Shown: positions 61,427 to 64,000 of the stretch, piece by piece
Layout of the letters: the number at the start of each line of letters is the position of its first letter
How positions within the stretch are numbered: position 1 is the first letter of the stretch
Notes under the pieces: model-generated
The model's database searches: none
What the model was told of the DNA's origin: nothing
Seen by the model: only the letters and a program-made list of their open reading frames with translations
Translations under genes and position numbers: made by a program
Origin: Candidatus Poribacteria bacterium
Lineage (GTDB): Bacteria; Poribacteria; WGA-4E; PCPOR2b
Reading direction: 5' to 3'
Length of the DNA stretch: 64,000 bases
NCBI GenBank assembly: GCA_965208325.1
Contig: OZ242326.1
Coordinates: 576,001 to 640,000 of the forward strand

Positions 61427-62727
61427 TATTCCATCACTTTCCGCCGGTTCATTTCAGCTTTAGTCTTTTCCACTAGGTCCCCCATATCATCGCCAAAGAA
61501 GTTTTGGGGCCAATTTCGGATGTTGCCGTATTCATCAACATTGAGTCGTTCAATTTCGGAACGACCATCGTTGATTTGGCAGGAATAGAGTTCCGTGTCG
61601 TTCGTCGAAAGCTGCTCCTCGGCGATGCGGCGTGTTAAGCGGTGAAGCAGGTGCTCGCTGTGGCTTTCAAAAATTATCTGGACGTTTCGATTCTTCACGA
61701 CATCAATCAGAATGTCTGCGAGTTCTGATTGCGCTTTTGGATGTAGATGGGCTTCAGGTTGTTCAATGATAAGGATTGAGCCCTCAGGAGCGTAATAGCA
61801 TAGAACCAACACCGGCAGAACCTGGGAAACGCCAAGACCTACATCTAAAAGTTTGACTTCGAGACTGCCGTTGTATTCTGTGACATGAAATTCGTAACTC
61901 TGTTTTCTTCCTTGGACCGGGTCGAGTCGATAGGAGTCAATCAATTCCAATCGCTTTACCCATTTCTGAATCTGTTCGTCAACTGAGAGACGCCTTACTC
62001 GCGCTGAAAGCAGTGCGGAAATCATCTTTTCCCCACGCTGACCAACGTCTTTTGCATGATCGCCCTCCCAGACGTAATGGTGCCGAGGATGTTCGCGAAG
62101 AGGCCCCAAGAAATGGATCTGAGCAAATAATTTTTCGAAGTCGTTTTTACAAACTAGGAGTTCTTCCAAGCGTTCATCAAAATGGTTATCGGGGGTCATA
62201 ACGCCATAGCATCGAAATGGATTCGCATCAATCGGCTCTTCAAACGATGACGGCTTGTAAAACGCTGCATAGACGGAAACTTTGAATTTATTGTTTTCGC
62301 GCTCTCCTACTATCTTCCAGATGTCTTTCCAGCCATAATAAAACCTCTCCACTTCAGATTGCCTGGATTTTTTTTCAATTTTCGTGGTGAATGAAATCCA
62401 TTCGGTCGACAGCCATGAACTCTTCTGAGGTTTAGCCCGTTTCCAGGTAACGGAAACATCAAGCGTTAATTCCTCACTGTGCCCATGAATCATGTCATCG
62501 AAACTACCGAGGTGAACCAGCGTTTTCTTGTCACACTCATCACCTAAGTAAAGGGGTTCATTCCAATCCGATGGACGTTCCGAAGTCTGCTTGAGCATTA
62601 GCAGGACTTGCAAGATGCTGGTTTTTCCGGAGCTATTCGCGCCGAAGAATCCGGTCAATGGTGCGAACTGCAGCGCACCGGTATCTTTCCAAGACTTGAA
62701 ATTTTGGGCTCTGAGCTCGGTAATCAT
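61426..62727 (-). CDS. ABC-type (AAA_15/AAA_21) ATPase with DUF3696 C-terminus
   Basis: NFKS, GANSSGKTS, VGLGVSQVLP, IEQPEAHLHP, ESHSEH, G.I.NWP..FFG. Confidence 0.9.
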   Translation of the reverse strand: MITELRAQNFKSWKDTGALQFAPLTGFFGANSSGKTSILQVLLMLKQTSERPSDWNEPLYLGDECDKKTLVHLGSFDDMIHGHSEELTLDVSVTWKRAKPQKSSWLSTEWISFTTKIEKKSRQSEVERFYYGWKDIWKIVGERENNKFKVSVYAAFYKPSSFEEPIDANPFRCYGVMTPDNHFDERLEELLVCKNDFEKLFAQIHFLGPLREHPRHHYVWEGDHAKDVGQRGEKMISALLSARVRRLSVDEQIQKWVKRLELIDSYRLDPVQGRKQSYEFHVTEYNGSLEVKLLDVGLGVSQVLPVLVLCYYAPEGSILIIEQPEAHLHPKAQSELADILIDVVKNRNVQIIFESHSEHLLHRLTRRIAEEQLSTNDTELYSCQINDGRSEIERLNVDEYGNIRNWPQNFFGDDMGDLVEKTKAEMNRRKVME

Positions 62728-62808
62728 AACTTTTCCTCTATTTCACAAAGAGATTGAAACACACAATCCAACACGTGCCGATGATGAAGCGTTGTGTTTT
62801 ACAATTAC

Positions 62809-62891
62809 GACCTCCCCTAACCCCTCCTTGGTAAGGAGGGGAATTTTAAAGCAAAGTCCTCCCCTTTGCCAAGGGGGAGTTAGAGGGGGTC
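62809..62891. repeat. double-hairpin palindromic element at the 3' end of the DUF559 gene
   Basis: GACCTCCCCTAACCCCTCCTTGGTAAGGAGGGG...CTCCCCTTTGCCAAGGGGGAGTTAGAGGGGGTC. Confidence 0.8.
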
Positions 62892-63267
62892 AGACTCCTG
62901 ATTTCTCCATCTCCTCGACTGTGTGCCTAACGAATTCCATAACCCCGTCAAGATTTCCGCAAACTTCCGCGTTCGTAAAACGCAGAAAACGGATGCCAAA
63001 CCTCTCAATGAATTCTTGCCTTGTCAGATCATATTCACCAGCCCCGGCTTGAAAATGTGTATCACCATCAATTTCGATTGCCAGTTTTAGCGAAGGACAA
63101 TAGAAATCGACGATGTACACACCAACACTGTACTGTCTGCGGAACTTATAGCCCTGCATCTGTTTTGCACGCAACTTTGACCAAACCAAAGTTTCCGCTT
63201 CAGTCATGTTTTTCCGCAGTTTGTGTCTTTTTTCCTTCTCGCTCGTTCTATTGAAAACTCGTGTCAT
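62890..63267 (-). CDS. DUF559 (Vsr-like/PD-(D/E)xK) endonuclease domain protein
   Basis: LRKNMTEAE..W..LR, KFRRQ..VG.YIVDFYC, IEIDG..H, D..R, LRFTN. Confidence 0.93.
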   Translation of the reverse strand: MTRVFNRTSEKEKRHKLRKNMTEAETLVWSKLRAKQMQGYKFRRQYSVGVYIVDFYCPSLKLAIEIDGDTHFQAGAGEYDLTRQEFIERFGIRFLRFTNAEVCGNLDGVMEFVRHTVEEMEKSGV

Positions 63268-63291
63268 ATTCCCGTTTAACTCGCCGTTTCA

Positions 63292-63362
63292 ACCTCCCCT
63301 AGCCCCTCCTTGGCAAGGAGGGGAACAAGGACAAAAAAATCCTCCCCCTTGCGAAGGGGGAT
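63292..63362. repeat. double-hairpin palindromic element at the 5' end of the DUF559 gene
   Basis: ACCTCCCCTAGCCCCTCCTTGGCAAGGAGGGG...CCTCCCCCTTGCGAAGGGGGA. Confidence 0.8.
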
Positions 63363-63844
63363 CGAGACTAAATGACCAACTGCCCACGAGGTCAAAAATT
63401 GTCGGGAATTGGAATTCCCTCCTACAGGCGTAAGGCGGTAGGAGCGATTTCCAAATCACGGCAAAGCATCTCAATTATAACACAGTTTGATTCCATTGAC
63501 AAAGCCTTGAGGTGCAGGTCAAACTTCTCCTAAAGATGTTGCAGAAGCATAACTTGTATGTCTCTCATGGCAAAAATGAAATTTCAGATGCAGTTATCCT
63601 GAAGGTGGTTGCTTATTGGCTTGTCTTTTATTTGCGATTGTGCTATAATCCCGGAATTCCAATTAGAAAGTGAGTTCAGAAATTGTTCAATCAACTAAAA
63701 CCAAGGGCGGCGTGAATGCCAGCTAGGTTTGGTTAGATCTACTGAACTTCCCGCCATTTCTTCCTGCCAATCGCCCGTCCGTGAGCAGTGTACCTCACTG
63801 CTATTTTTCGTGCCTTCGACTTTTTTCAAATAACAATCAAAACA

Positions 63845-64000
63845 ACCTCCTTCTCCTTAGTAAGGAGGGGAATAAGAACAAAAGAACTTCCCACAGCATA
63901 CCACGTTGTCGTGAAGTCGAGAGGTTTGAAAAGCGTTGGGTTTCGCTGTAAGCATAAATATCTCGAACTCAATCGACAAACTATATTCATGCTGGATAGC
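63845..64000. repeat. third copy of the 227-bp composite repeat, truncated by the window end
   Basis: GGAGGGGAATAAGAACAAAAGAACTTCCCACAGC...GTCGAGAGGTTTGAAAAGCGTTGGGTTTCGCT...CATGCTGGATAGC matches about 47089-47225. Confidence 0.88.

Noticed and set aside
62890..63267. DUF559 as the Vsr repair partner of the Dcm
   Set aside because: It is 6 kb away on the other strand, lacks the Vsr FxHGCFWH motif and is embedded in its own repeats
46800..64000. Prophage, ICE or IS origin of the island
   Set aside because: No integrase, transposase, phage structural gene or tRNA attachment site is visible in the window

Overview
64 kb of a Gram-negative bacterial chromosome (waaA present). The many SDR/Ldh_2/VOC/TIM-barrel catabolic paralogues, a DUF4159 protein and GTAG-type palindromic repeats are reminiscent of Candidatus Poribacteria; this is an inference, not a determination. 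Bases 1-46.8 kb are housekeeping and catabolic genes: comF, prs, trpF, waaA, trxA, hsp20-lon, fumC, moeA, pncA, HDAC, menG/ubiE. This part also holds (i) a FadR/GntR-linked corrinoid methyl-transfer cluster ending in a nonsense-inactivated homocysteine methyltransferase, (ii) an 845-aa protein built from two tandem class V FBP aldolase/phosphatase units, the first degenerate, and (iii) an unannotated 34-aa basic microprotein. Bases 46.8-64 kb form a repeat-bounded defence island. It contains a type I R-M system split by a K+-channel/GIY-YIG cassette; a coupled operon of C5 DNA methyltransferase, MORC-type GHKL ATPase/histidine-kinase fusion, receiver-domain protein and unknown protein (the best candidate for an uncharacterised system); an ABC-ATPase(DUF3696)+PIN pair; and a palindrome-flanked DUF559 nuclease. 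No rRNA, tRNA, CRISPR array, integrase or transposase was recognised. All family calls come from motif recognition by eye, not from database searches.
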